A stretch of 64,000 nt of DNA, taken from assembly GCF_037042905.1 (NCBI RefSeq), contig NC_087245.1, positions 43,030,001-43,094,000 of the forward strand, given 5' to 3'. The number at the start of each line of letters is the position of its first letter. Position 1 is the stretch's first letter. Shown one piece after another: positions 48,894 to 61,691 of the stretch. The notes under the pieces were generated by a model that had not been told where the DNA came from, ran no database searches, and saw only the letters and a program-made list of their open reading frames with translations. This DNA comes from Lytechinus pictus. Lineage: Eukaryota. Both the position numbers and the translations under genes were made by a program.

Positions 48894-50484
48894 AAAGCAC
48901 GATGGGAAATAAATTAAAAGATGACAAAATTGTAACAATAGCGGGAAACGAAGGTAAAATTTAATTAATAAAAAGCTGAATTGGAAAACGAAGAAAAAGG
49001 ACAAGAAAAAAAAAACACGACCGGGCTGCCGCTGATTGAAATTAAAGAGCGGAAAAAAGATGGACTGCATACAACATTTATTAAAATAGCGGCAATCTGC
49101 GAGGTTTAAATGACTTTGATATCAAGAAGTTTCGGGGGCTCCGCCCCGGACCCCAACCGCTCAGCACTGTGTATGGAAGGATGGGGCTATGACTCCCAAA
49201 AGTTCTATAAATAAGAACAAAAAACGGAGGAAAGAAAAGCAAATGAAAAGTGTAGGATATGATTTTATTTACTGAATATGTCAAAAATAGCTCAAAGGTA
49301 GATTCTCATGAAAAGGTGATTTTTTTCGCTCGCTTCGCTCTCTCGGGACATATTTAAAGCAGCTTTTTAGCACAATACATGTGCTATTCTATACCCCTCG
49401 GTTTTTTTTTTTTATTTTGATCTCGCTACTACCATGACTACCGCAGAGAATCCTGTTTACAGTGGTGTACAGACCACAAAAAAAGAATCTAAAGAGAGAA
49501 GAGTGAAATATATTATTCTTTGGATATCATGTCAAATTTCATCACAAAATTGGATTTTTGTATTAAAAAGGTCTAAAATTTTGCTCGCTCGCTTCGCTCG
49601 CTCGCATCTTTTTTTTTACAAGATAAATTCTGCCCGATACGCAATATCTGGCCTTCTCAAAATAGACGCCTCATTACACCACTATGCCAAAGCACGATGG
49701 GAAATAAATTAAAAGATGACAAAATTGTAACAATAGCGGGAAACGAAGGTAAAATTTAATTAATAAAAAGCTGAATTGGAAAACGAAGAAAAAGGACAAG
49801 AAAAAAAAAACACGACCGGGCTGCCGCTGATTGAAATTAAAGAGCGGAAAAAAGATGGACTGCATACAACATTTATTAAAATAGCGGCAATCTGCGAGGT
49901 TTAAATGACTTTGATATCAAGAAGTTTCGGGGGCTCCGCCCCGGACCCCAACCGCTCAGCACTGTGTATGGAAGGATGGGGCTATGACTCCCAAAAGTTC
50001 TATAAATAAGAACAAAAAACGGAGGAAAGAAAAGCAAATGAAAAGTGTAGGATATGATTTTATTTACTGAATATGTCAAAAATAGCTCAAAGGTAGATTC
50101 TCATGAAAAGGTGATTTTTTTCGCTCGCTTCGCTCTCTCGGGACATATTTAAAGCAGCTTTTTAGCACAATACATGTGCTATTCTATACCCCTCGGTTTT
50201 TTTTTTTTTTTTTGATCTCGCTACTACCATGACTACCGCAGAGAATCCTGTTTACAGTGGTGTACAGACCACAAAAAAAAGAATCTAAAGAGAGAAGAGT
50301 GAAATATATTATTCTTTGGATATCATGTCAAATTTCATCACAAAATTGGATTTTTGTATTAAAAAGGTCTAAAATTTTGCTCGCTCGCTTCGCTCGCTCG
50401 CATCTTTTTTTTTACAAGATAAATTCTGCCCGATACGCAATATCTGGCCTTCTCAAAATAGACGCCTCATTACACCACTATGCC
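48894..50484. repeat. Near-perfect ~795-bp tandem duplication inside a hAT-like repeat
   Basis: AAAGCACGATGGGAAATAAATT at 48894 and 49689. The ORF track shows identical spurious peptides 795 nt apart. Confidence 0.92.
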
Positions 50485-53400
50485 TGTTCATACCATGATA
50501 CGACCGGGAATTTTTTTGCTCTTGCCCCCCCCCCTGGCCACCGAATGGTGGCCGTAGCCACCAGTAGACGGTGCTTTTACAGATAGCGTTTCGCCAATTG
50601 CAAAAGTGTTCTCCAGATGAGCGATTCCATGTCCCTCGACGTCAATGTGCGATTGTGTTAAAAACGACTGTCTTAATTAATATTCATCTTTTCTTGTTGT
50701 TTGACCAAATGCGTGCGCATCCCGATTTCTGCTTCTGCATCGAAATAAGAGCAGAGTTGTGTTTTCGCAGAGGCCGTGATCAGGTGGGGGAGGGGGCGAA
50801 ATTATTTTTTTCCAAAATTCATGACTTGCGTCCTCGGAATGAGAGTACGCATGCGCGTGGACTGGACATTTACAAAATTGTGGTCGTCCATTTCGAAAAT
50901 TGCATGCCGTGAATGAATTAGCATCCTCATTTTCCGGTACCCTTCGATCACTGGGGGATTCAGAGGAGGGGTGAGTCGCCCTTTGTGAGACGCACAATTT
51001 AAATTTGTAATGTAAAATGTCGCCCCCCCTTGAAAGCGAAACCTTTTCCCCCTGTCAAGGATCCGCCCCTGACCTCTAGACATTATGCTGTATAGACCCA
51101 ATTCTTAGTTGGATTTACATTTACATAGGGCCCGCCCCCTCCCCCTATCGGCGGAGCAAAAAAGGGGAAACAAAGAGGGAAAGAAAGAAAAAGAATTGAC
51201 AAGAGAGGAGAAAAAAGAAGGAGAAACATAAGAGGAAGGCGATTGAATAAGATGAGGGGAAGACTTGGAAAATCACTTTAATAATCATTACGCCACTTGG
51301 ACAACCAATTCAAAGAAATAAACAAAAAATTAACTTTGAGCGGCCGATCGGGGAAAATATGGGTAAAAAAATCAATGTGAGTATAATTAAATTAATGTTT
51401 TTATCTATATTGGAGTGATGGTAAACATCATTTCAATACTAGGATGCCATGATGTTCAATAAAAAAGCTTCAAAATTCAGTACTTCACGGGTAAAGATAT
51501 GGGGCTGTAATAGCTGCAGGGAGATATGTAAAATAATACTAACATTAGATCATTACTCTAAAATAGATGGGATATAATTATTTATTAGTAATATTAGTTA
51601 GTACACTTACTGGCCTAAAAGCAAACGCAAATAGGGCCATGATATAGTCTTCTCCATCAAGAGAATTGGACATTATTGTCCTTTAAGGATTGCTTGGCAT
51701 TGATACTCATCGAACTATTCTTAGTCATTGCCCAGGCCTATGATCATGAAAAAGCAAGATCACTCACCCGTATAGTAGAGAATCATTGACAATAGCATGC
51801 TCAGCGGGTTCGCCACAGAAAACAATGGGAGACACGCTCAAGATTTTAATTCCCCATATCCGCTGTTGTGATTATTGTCGTAATTTCAATAGATGAACCT
51901 ACTTCAAAAGACCGTTGACCCGTCCGATGGGGAATCTTTTGTAATAATGAGAGTGTACTAAAGTACGTGTATGCAGTAACTACCGTCCCGACTTTATTTG
52001 TGCTATTTAAGATTCTTTCAACATCATCGAGTAGCGATTAGCGTGTAAAAAGTCGCATAAATTATCTCACATAGCGATCTAATATTCATGATTACCAGCA
52101 TCACCATGATCTTTCATATATTTTTAATCATATAAAATATAAAATTGATACTGGAGAACGATTGGAAATAGATAATGATTGAATGATGATGGTGATGATG
52201 ATGATGATGATAACAGTGATGATGATAGCGATAATCATAACTTTGAAGTGATATTAACGGACATAATAATACGAATAATAATATCAGTGATAATGATTAA
52301 ATATTAACAAATGAAGATGATTGGTATATTTTGCGGCAATCAACCATGTATAACTTGAGACGCGTTTTTTTTAATCGTGTTTGTTATAAAAGGGTTTTCA
52401 TATCATGATCCTGAAATACATAGATTATATTTAGATTAAAAAGAGAGAGAATGGATTGCCATCTAATGTCGGAAAATATTTTGCGGGTTATCAAGTCCGA
52501 TGCAGTATCAAAAATGATTGCATATCGAGGTCGATGCGATTTTTATATCAACGACATCATCCCGACCCCCAGAGTCTATCAAGTTATGATTTTGTGTGCA
52601 TTTTTAGCAAAATTGACATTTGTAATACGAGATTATTCTAATTTTAGAGTGATGTAACATCCGAACTGCATGCCATTCCTGCTACGTACGTTTTGAATTC
52701 ATTTTGATTTCTGGATGCATGTTACCATGCAGTTAAAGCGGTGTATGCCTGAATCATATTGATTGTCCTTTGTATTAACTTTATAATAACGTCGACATAC
52801 AAAAACAGAATTCATCAGGTTCTTTATCATTACACCAATGATATGAACTTATGCACAGTATTGTGCTCTCTCATTAATATTGATTTCGATAAGGAGATCG
52901 GGAAATGTACGCCATTGATAGTAATTCACATTATTTGTATACCACTTACAAGTGAAGCACAAAATATGTATCTAAACGCTAAGGAAAAAAATATAAAGAG
53001 AGAAGGAATTTCACCAAAAATTAGAGTAGTTGCACAGTTCACAGTAGGCTGTAAACAATAGAGGGGCTTCACATGCTGCGGGAAAGGCTATTTAACCCCA
53101 AAAAAGTTTTAACATGGATTTGAATTTCTCTCTTGAATCTGCTTGTTTAATACTTTCTGGTAGATTGTTCCAGAGTTGGATCCAAGGGGGGGCTAGGGGC
53201 CCGCCCCCTCCCCCTCCCTCTATTGGCGGAGCAAAAAAGGGGGAAAGAAAGACCAAAAAAAGGGAAAAGAGAGGAGAAAAAACATAGGAGGAGGAAAACG
53301 ATTGAATAAATAAGATGAGGGAAAGAATTCGAAAACAATTTTTTTTAAATCTTTTATGTCATTATATAAAATGTTCGCTCATGCTTCGCGCTCGCATTGC

Positions 53401-53791
53401 CTTTTAGGTGATTTACACATATGGAACTTAAAATATCAAATTTTGAAGTCAATATACACTCTTAAAATAACCTCTTCAAATTCTGAAAAGATTTCCTTGT
53501 TAAATATTTTCGAATAGAAAACTATTCAAAATGAATAGTTTTCTATTCAAAATGAGTAGAAAACTGTTCAAAATGAAAAAGAATCGTTTCATTTTGAATG
53601 ACAAAGATAAAAAGATTTCCTTGTCAAATATTTTGAATAGAAAACTGTTCAAAATGATTAGAAAACTATTTAAAATGAAAAGAATCGTTTCATTTTGAAT
53701 GACAATAACAAAAAGATTTCCTTGTCAAATATTTTGAATAGAAGACTATTTAATGAAAATAGAGAATCGTTCCCTTTTGAATGACAAAATG

Positions 53792-54372
53792 CCCGGGGCA
53801 CGTACTGACCTAAAAAATGTGCCGCCGCAAACACCCTCTTCACGCCTTAATTACCTGCCGCTCCGTAGACCCCATATAAATTCAAGCACAATATTTAGTT
53901 CACAAGCCCTTTTTGAAAATTCTTAATCCCTTTTGGGGGAAATTTAATATCTAGACCCCCGGCCATTTTAAGCAAATTTCAGATTTTTTTGCTTCCAGAG
54001 CAATTGACAAAAAATAGCTCTCAACTTCAAACGGCATTTGACCCCCCCCCCCCCCCGTCAGAAGCTTTGCCCGGCCCCCCCCCCCCCCTCCAAGTTGCCC
54101 CCAATAATTTTCGGAGTGAAAAATTAAAGGGTTGAAAATGAGAAAGAAAAGAAAAGGGAGGGTTTTTTTGTCCGGCATTGCCCCCCCCCACATTTTGTTT
54201 TGCCCCCTATTTGCCCCCCCCCCCCTTAAAAATCCTGGTGCCGCCACTGCTTTTAAGGTCACTTCGGTTATAGATCTCCTTTTCAGAGTCAACTCGGTTA
54301 TACCTGTCCCCCGTTTCAGAAACCGGGGCCGCACATCCCTACCAAACCCAAAGTTGAGTGCCCCCCCCCCCC
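53792..54372. mobile_element. Non-autonomous insertion with 9-bp TSD (MULE-like)
   Basis: GACAAAATG directly repeated at 53783-53791 and 54373-54381. Confidence 0.6.
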
Positions 54373-54467
54373 GACAAAATGACGTGGATGCTGAAAATTT
54401 TTGATACGTATTCTCTTCAAAATGACGTTGTCTTCGATGAAACATTTCATTGGTCAAACTTGTTGAC

Positions 54468-54523
54468 TGACGTCACCGCGCCGGCCGCGCGCGCAGCTAG
54501 CGCAGCGCAGACGATCATTTGAA
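54468..54523 (+). promoter_or_regulatory. Putative promoter of EnSpm element 2 (CRE, GC-rich tract, CHR-like TTTGAA)
   Basis: TGACGTCA at 54468, CGCGCCGGCCGCGCGCG, TTTGAA at 54518. Donors GTAAGT at 54555 and 54961. Confidence 0.4.
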
Positions 54524-55510
54524 ATCAGTCGCCATATCATGAGTGTATACCGCGGTAAGTTATCCAGTTTAATCTGTAAGATATTACATGATTTTGTCGG
54601 TGAAGTAGCTTTATTTTTATATGTATTAATATGCTCTATTCTCTTGAACAAATTTCTTGTATCTGCAACAGTGCCATCATACGATTTTCGGTCAAAATGC
54701 AACTCACAAAATGTCAATGCAACTCACAAAATGTCATGTACGATCACTGCGATGCTACTCGATGCACATACGTTATGAATATGATTGATGTACGGTAGCT
54801 TAGCCTTAGCCTACTGCATTCGACAGTCTGCATGCAGTTTGCACAATGATTAGTCTGGAATTGATGTTGTTTTATGATGTTCACCCCTGGGCCTGGCCCT
54901 GGCCCTGGTCTCGCGGCTAGCACTAGCAGTCTCAGTCATAAGACAGCAAATGGAACTCGAGTAAGTTAGGCTTGGAAGTTGGGCTAGGCTAGGCCTACCT
55001 TAGGTCTAACGTTAGGCCTATCTAACTAGTATTAGGCCTAACTTTAGGCCTACTAGGCCTAGTAAGTTATGGTTAGCAATAGCATGTCGAGTCGTCTTGA
55101 GCAAGGCAAGGCAAAACAAGGCAGACCCATGTAGGCCTAGCTATAGGCCTAACTGTTAGATCCCGGCGGGGCCTAGATCTATCTACATTACGAGTATATT
55201 CATGAAGCGTGGATTGTATAGGCCCTGAAGGCTAAGGTATTCAGCGATCTCATGCACAAAAATGTCAAGAAGCATATTTTTATTCCAAACCTCATTTCAT
55301 ACTAGGCCTGGGCCCTGACCCAGGCCAAGGCTAGACTAGATCAAGGCCTAGCCCTAGCCTAGCCTAGGCCCTAACTTAGTTTAGGCCTAGGCCTAACTTT
55401 AGTATTTGATATTCAATTTTTTTTTCAATGAATGCCTAAGTTATGGCTTCACTGTCTTGAAGGTAGCTATAGCCTAGGCCTAGTAGGCCTAACTTAGGCC
55501 TACTACTGAT

Positions 55511-56605
55511 TTTTTATACCCCCGCCACACACAAGGTGTGTAACTGTAAGGGGGTAGGCCTAGGCCCTATATAGGAATCACCGTGTGGCCGGGCGGGCGG
55601 GCGGTCCGTTGCAGAATCTTGTGGATCAAACTCCCTCAGGTTTTGATCAATTGACTTGAAATTTAATACATGGGTCCATAATGATATGTAGAAGTGCAAG
55701 ATATATTTTTCGTCAAAGTCGGGAAATGCGTTGCCATGGCAACAGCATTTTTTGAGTGAAATTCATGCAAAAATCTTGTGGATCTAACTCCTCCCTCAGT
55801 TTTTGATCAATTGACCTGAAATTTAGTAGGCCTACATAGGTCCATAATGATGTATAGAAGTGCAAGATATATTGTTCATCAAAGTTGAGAATTGCGTTGC
55901 CGTGGCAACAGCATTTTTTGAATGAAATTCATGCAAAAAATTTGTGGATCTAACTCCTTCCTCAGTTTTTGATCAATTGACCTGAATTTTTAATTAGGCT
56001 AGTAGGCTTACATAGGTCCATAATGATGTATAAAAATTCAAGATATATTTTTCGTCAGAGTCGAGAATCGTGTTGCCATGGCAACAGCATTTTTTGAATG
56101 AAATTTGTGCAAAATTTTTGTGGATCATACTACTCCCTCAGTTAAGGACCAATTAATTTGAAATTTGGAACATTAAGTCCATATTGATGTGTATAAAATA
56201 TAAGTGCAAGATATAATTTTCGTCAAAGTCGAGAATTGCGTTGCCATGGCAACAACATTTTAAAATAAAATTGGTGCAAAAATCTTGTGGATCATACTAC
56301 TCCCTCATTTTTTGACCAATTGATTTGAAATTTGGTGCATGGGTCCATAGTGATATGAAGAAGTGCAAGATATAGGCCTAATAGTTAAAAAAAAAGAAGG
56401 TTGCACTGTTGATTGGATTCTCAGTGAAATGTCATTCTTTGATATATCTGATGATGCATAGTTTTTGCCCTAACTGATAGACTTCAAAATATTTAATTTT
56501 TTCTTTTCTTTTTGGGGTTATTATAGTGGGATATTATTTTTTATGTAGGTAGAGCGCTGCTGGCGGGGGTAGTATTATTAATCACTGATAGTGATATTTC
56601 TAGTT
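55511..56605 (+). mobile_element. Helentron/DINE-1-like element with ~4 internal ~180-bp tandem repeats
   Basis: Sub-TIRs TACCCCCGCC / GGCGGGGGTA, a (GGGC)n tract, 3' hairpin ATCACTGATAGTGAT and CTAG-TTTT end. Confidence 0.75.
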
Positions 56606-59139
56606 TTTTTATGTAGGCCTAGGCCTATATTATATGCATGCAAAGAGAGTCTTTGGCAAAGTGTCAAGATTGACATTGAGATAAAACTAGCCATCAGTGT
56701 CATAACTACCAGCCATGTAGCTGGGGGGGTTGGGGCAGTCACCCCCCCAAAAAAAACAAAAAAAGGAGAGAGGGAGAAAGGGGGAGAGAGAAAAAAAAAT
56801 GAAAAAGTAAGAGAAGTTAGGGAAAGGGCAGATGTAGAATCACAACAAAGATTGTCTTCTTTTGCTAATGATTTCAGGAAATTTCAAAGCTTCCACGCTT
56901 AGCGCAGGAGGGGGAAACTCAAAGCCTACCAGAAACCTGTGATTTTATTTCAATTCGTTTCAGAAATCAGAGTTTCTCAGTTGGCCTTTCTTGTAGATTT
57001 TAGTACTTTATTACTATGTGCTTTGATGAATTATCCCACATTTTAAGAGTAGCCGATTCGAAACATTTTCTAAGCATTATGGATCTTTAAGATTAGGCCT
57101 CAATATTTTTATCATAAAGGAAACCCTCTGTTGACATAATTGTGACTGACTACGCATGTCAACACCTAAAGGCTAAGGGCACAGCCGTCTTGTAAATTCT
57201 AGAATAATATAATTAAAATAATGGAATTTCAACAATGAAAATTTCAAAACTCATTTTAGGTGACTTATTGTGGGCTTTTGAGATAGTAGGTCACATATGT
57301 AGACCACCCCCCCCCCCCAAAAAAGGGCTTGACACACACCTGTCAGGTGGTCAGATGAGGCCAAATAAAAATAATTTCAATTTTTTTTCTCGTCCCCTCC
57401 TTCCTTTTTTGGGGGCCGCCTTAATTGCTTTGTTATTTGATATTTTTGTTCTGAAATGATATGAATAAAAATATGAGGACTTCTAGACAATGCATATACC
57501 AAAAAACATTAATATGCAATTACACCTTGTTTCGATCCTCTGTAGTGTAGTACAAGTGTTACTAAATTTGTGAAGAATGTGTTGAAGTTGACCCAATAGC
57601 ATTTTTGTGTATAAAAAAAAATCAAATATCAAATAAATAACATGGAACCCCCTCCTCATTTTCGAAAAATCCGGACGAGAAACTAGGAATTGATTTTACT
57701 TGGCCTTACCAGTAAAAGTCACTGTCAGGCAATTAGCTTAGTTTGCTGGTCTGATATGACCGATATGTATATTGTCAGGGCTAGTAAAAAAGAACAAATC
57801 CGATCGAGGGGGGAAATTAGAGACATTTGCATATATTTACATGTATTTCAACAAATTCTAATTGCAACAGACTTTGTATTCAGGACTTTTTTATTTTCTC
57901 AGAATATTATATAAGTGATCTGATAATGAACAAAAATAAAGCCCTGTGTGATTTCAAAAAGATGCAAGTCTACTACCTCCCCTCCCCGGAACTTTAATTC
58001 CCAAGGCCATATAACTTGTTTTATAAAGATGTTTGAAACAAGAAAATAAAAAGGCCTCCATCTTTTTGGGGGGCACCGCATATTGAAAATATAGTGCTAT
58101 AAACCGTAGGTATTCAGAAATTAATTCAATAAAAAACAAAGAGCCCCTCCTATTTTTCCAAAAACCAGAAGAGAACCATTTTTTTTTGTTTTACTTGGCC
58201 TTAAAATGTGTTTTTTTTTTTTGGGGGGGGGGGTTTGTTGAAAAATTACTGGAAATGAAATATTGTGTGCCTACAAAATCAGATCAGATATTGTCTTTTA
58301 AAGCGAGCGTGCATGATTTTCGCTCAGTGGCACATCTAAAATGGGTTAAGTCAGAGCAATTTATCGTGGCAAGTCATGTCAGAAGCCACTCCAGAGACAT
58401 TTTTCAGCAGTGGCAGTACTAAGGGGGGGGGGAGGGGACGAATTCCCCTGGAATTTTTATTTTTCAACACTAAGCTTATAATGCCATGTAGGCCTACAAG
58501 AATTTCATATATGTGAGACATAATTTGGTTCCAAGAGCAAATATCGATCGGGGGGGGGGGGGGGGAGGGGTACTAAACTTTTGTTTTGGTATGGGTGTGA
58601 GATTCGCAGGGCTGAAAATAGGGGCTTAAAGAATGGAAAGGCACCAAAATAGGGGCTCAAAGATCTGATTTTTTTAAACTAATTTTTGGCCCATTTTAAA
58701 GCTTGAGAACTCGTTGCCAGTTTTATGTTTACAAGTTCCATTATTGCCCTTGCCTTATAGACAACTGTATTTTTTACCCACACCTATTGATTTTTTATGT
58801 TGTAGAAACAGCAGCAACATACAAACCCACCACTCTAATGGTTTTCTCAAAATCGAAAAAATTATGAAATTAGAGGGGATAGTTTCCATCTTATAAATGT
58901 TCTTATGTCTCCAGAGACAAATAATTAACATTCCTGTATGAGTGCTTCTTAATTCAGCTCTAGTCTATCATGTCAAATTAAATCAGATAGAAATTTAGTT
59001 TGAGCTCTATTTGAGGGGAAAAAATTTAAATTAAAAAGAAATGTGTCTCATAATCGCCCAAGAGTTAAATTTTAGAAAAATTTATACCCAAGGAGTATTA
59101 AAATGACATTTTGATGATCAAAAAGTTTGAAGTCACCTG

Positions 59140-59309
59140 GTGGGTGTTTCATAAAGCTGTTCGTAAGATACGAATGACTTTACGAACGACTGGTGATCCT
59201 TTCTTGTGCTCTGTGATATCCCTATGTAATTGAATTATGACCTAAGAACATGTTCCAGTCGTGCGTAAAGTCGTTCGTAACTTTACGAACAGCTTTATGA
59301 AACACCCAC
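59140..59309. mobile_element. PIF/Harbinger-like MITE
   Basis: GTGGGTGTTTCATAAAGCTGTTCGTAA inverted at both ends, TSD CTG. Confidence 0.85.
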
Positions 59310-59721
59310 CTGATGACCACAGATAGTGTGTTTATTTTGCTCAAAAGGACTGATTTCAATACAATTTTAGCCTCTTTAGGGGGTAAAGTGTATCATTGAT
59401 GGGGGTTATTAAATTTTTGTTGCTGAAATAGGGGTGTTGTAACTTTATCGCCGTCGACTTTTTGTAAATTTGGACCCCCCCCTCACAAGAAAATGCTAGC
59501 CCTCGTAGGAAAGAGATAGAAACAGATTTATGCAAAACTAATTTTCAACATTTGAGGCCATTAGGAGAGGGTCCTCTATATATGAGTTAAGTCAAATTGA
59601 AAATGTGATGTCAAATTAAAAAGTTGAACCAAACTTTTAACCCCGATAATGATTATCTTCCCTTTTTATACAGCTCCTTCCTTTTCACGGATCTCCTTCC
59701 AGATTGGAGTGTGTTGTCATC

Positions 59722-61636
59722 ATGGATGACTTTGTTAAAGAGAAACTAGTGATGTGGGGGCTGGAAAGATTTCTGGAAAATTTTGAAGGTAAGCTTTTGT
59801 AATCATAACTGTTCAACTGTCGCAAAATTTGATATTGTTGCTTGAAGAATTTCTCAGACTGAGCAAGTTTAATTGAGTTTAACACTGCATTTGGTATGCA
59901 AAACAGTGTTAAATATGCACAGTAAATGCATGCCTAAGCCTTCCGTATTTGAATGTACGCAGCACGCAAGACATTTACTGCCGTTCAATCAAAGTCCGAG
60001 AATAACGTTGGGCGTTCATGGTTAGTAACAAATCACTTTACACACTTTTTTATCCGTTCGAGAAATTCCTCAAGCAACAATAAAATAATATTCCATCTAT
60101 AATGTGAGCCTGTCTGGCTATGGATTTGTTTGGCCATGCTTTGACCTACGGAGCTGTTTGGCTTGTAGGGGGTTAGCAAGCTTGAAGGTGTGTGATGTCA
60201 AGCTTCCAAATTTTGCACTCATTTTTACTTGGAATATTTATAATGAGCAATCAACTTTAAATTGTTGTTCAAAATAAAATGTTTTGCCGACAGACTTACC
60301 CAACTTTCTGGGCAGTATGTAACCAGAACAATTTTGTCCCGCCTTATGTTTGTTGTTGAACCTATGACAAATGTGTACAAAATAGTTTTGAATTAAAAGT
60401 AGGAGTGGGCTTTATACAGGGGTCAAAAACACTTTTTTGGTAATTTAATTTTTACAACAGTGTTTTTTTTGTGGGAAATGACTTATCTCAATATAATATG
60501 GAAAAATTTTGGACTATGTGTTTACCAAAAAGGTGCGCCATGCCCTCTTATGTCAGCTCATAGCTATTGAAATTGTGGGAAGGAGCAAAAAGTTACTTAA
60601 TTTCACTCATTTTCAGTGAATATTTCTGTACCTTTGGTGTCAAATTAGATGCAAATGAAGTCAAAATACAAGATTTTGAAAGTTCTGTAAAAATCAGACA
60701 TTTCGTTTTTGTGAAATGCGCCATCATAGGTTAAAATGTAGCATGAGGGTGCTTTTCATTCTTTCAAAATTTTTTTGAATTTTTTGCTTATCAAAGGATA
60801 CCAGAATAAAGATAATACTAAGTTTGACATCCTCAAGAAGTTTGAGCTTTCTATTGCAAATGGTTTATCTGTAGCGACTATTAGAGTATCCGATTAGAAT
60901 CGATATGTTTCCCATCAAATTACACAGAGGAAAATTTTGGTCGGTAAAGAGCGTGCATTATTTACAGGGGAAGGGGCAAGGAGAAACTTATGGGGGAGGG
61001 GTGTCATATGATTTTCAGTTGGTCAAATATTAAAGGGCATTTTGGGGAATTTGGGTCCTTGCATGCTTAGAACACAAAAGGGAAGATGCAATGCATTAAT
61101 ATGTGTGAGATAAACATAGTGTGCATCAGGTTTTTTGCGCCATTATCACTTACGCTAATATTGCAGAAAGATTTTGCTTACATGCGCACTAGAAAGCCAT
61201 GTGAAGAACTTTGAATCTTCCTAATTTTCCAAGATTTGTGTAGGTCATCAGCAAATATTATGTTTCAAACTTCAAAAGTGTTTCTTGAATTTGATACCAA
61301 TTAAATTCTACCAAATTCAGCTACATTGTATGTATTATGAAGATTCCCCAACTACTGCTCCATGAGATCGAAGCGAGAACTTCGACTCAAGAACCACTAA
61401 TTTTTTTTCTTTCTAATTACACCCCTCATGAAAACCTGGTAAAAACACACATGCCCACAATGCCTGTAATCTGGATCATGAATAACACGGAATATGGTCA
61501 TATGGTTTTATTTGTAACAGAACAAGAGATTGACCAAGAAACCCTCCTTCTCCTTGATGATCAAGCTGTGAAAGCGGATTTGATAAAGCCACTTGGTCCA
61601 AGATCAAAGCTGCTCCAAAGGATAAAGGAATTGAAG
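59722..61636 (+). CDS. SAM-domain N-terminus of the EnSpm accessory protein (first two coding exons; rest presumably beyond the window)
   Basis: Exons 59722-59788 and 61521-61636 (phase 1, GT-AG) give MDDFVKEKLVMWGLERFLENFEEQEIDQETLLLLDDQAVKADLIKPLGPRSKLLQRIKELK, a canonical SAM pattern (GL..F..EID...LLLL...LG.R.KLL). Confidence 0.8.
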
Positions 61637-61691
61637 GTACTTTTATTTTGACTTTTACTCTGTAAAGGAGTATATCGGAAACACTATTCTA

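Noticed and set aside
47640..48900. Hydrophobic F/L/P-rich minus-strand ORFs
   Set aside because: Translations of purine-rich low-complexity tracts (also at 1204-1539, 36697-37061 and 53147-53338).
51640..52060. Possible minus-strand first exon (MLLSMILYYT|GTGAGT near 51768)
   Set aside because: Only ~10 codons and no downstream exon identified.
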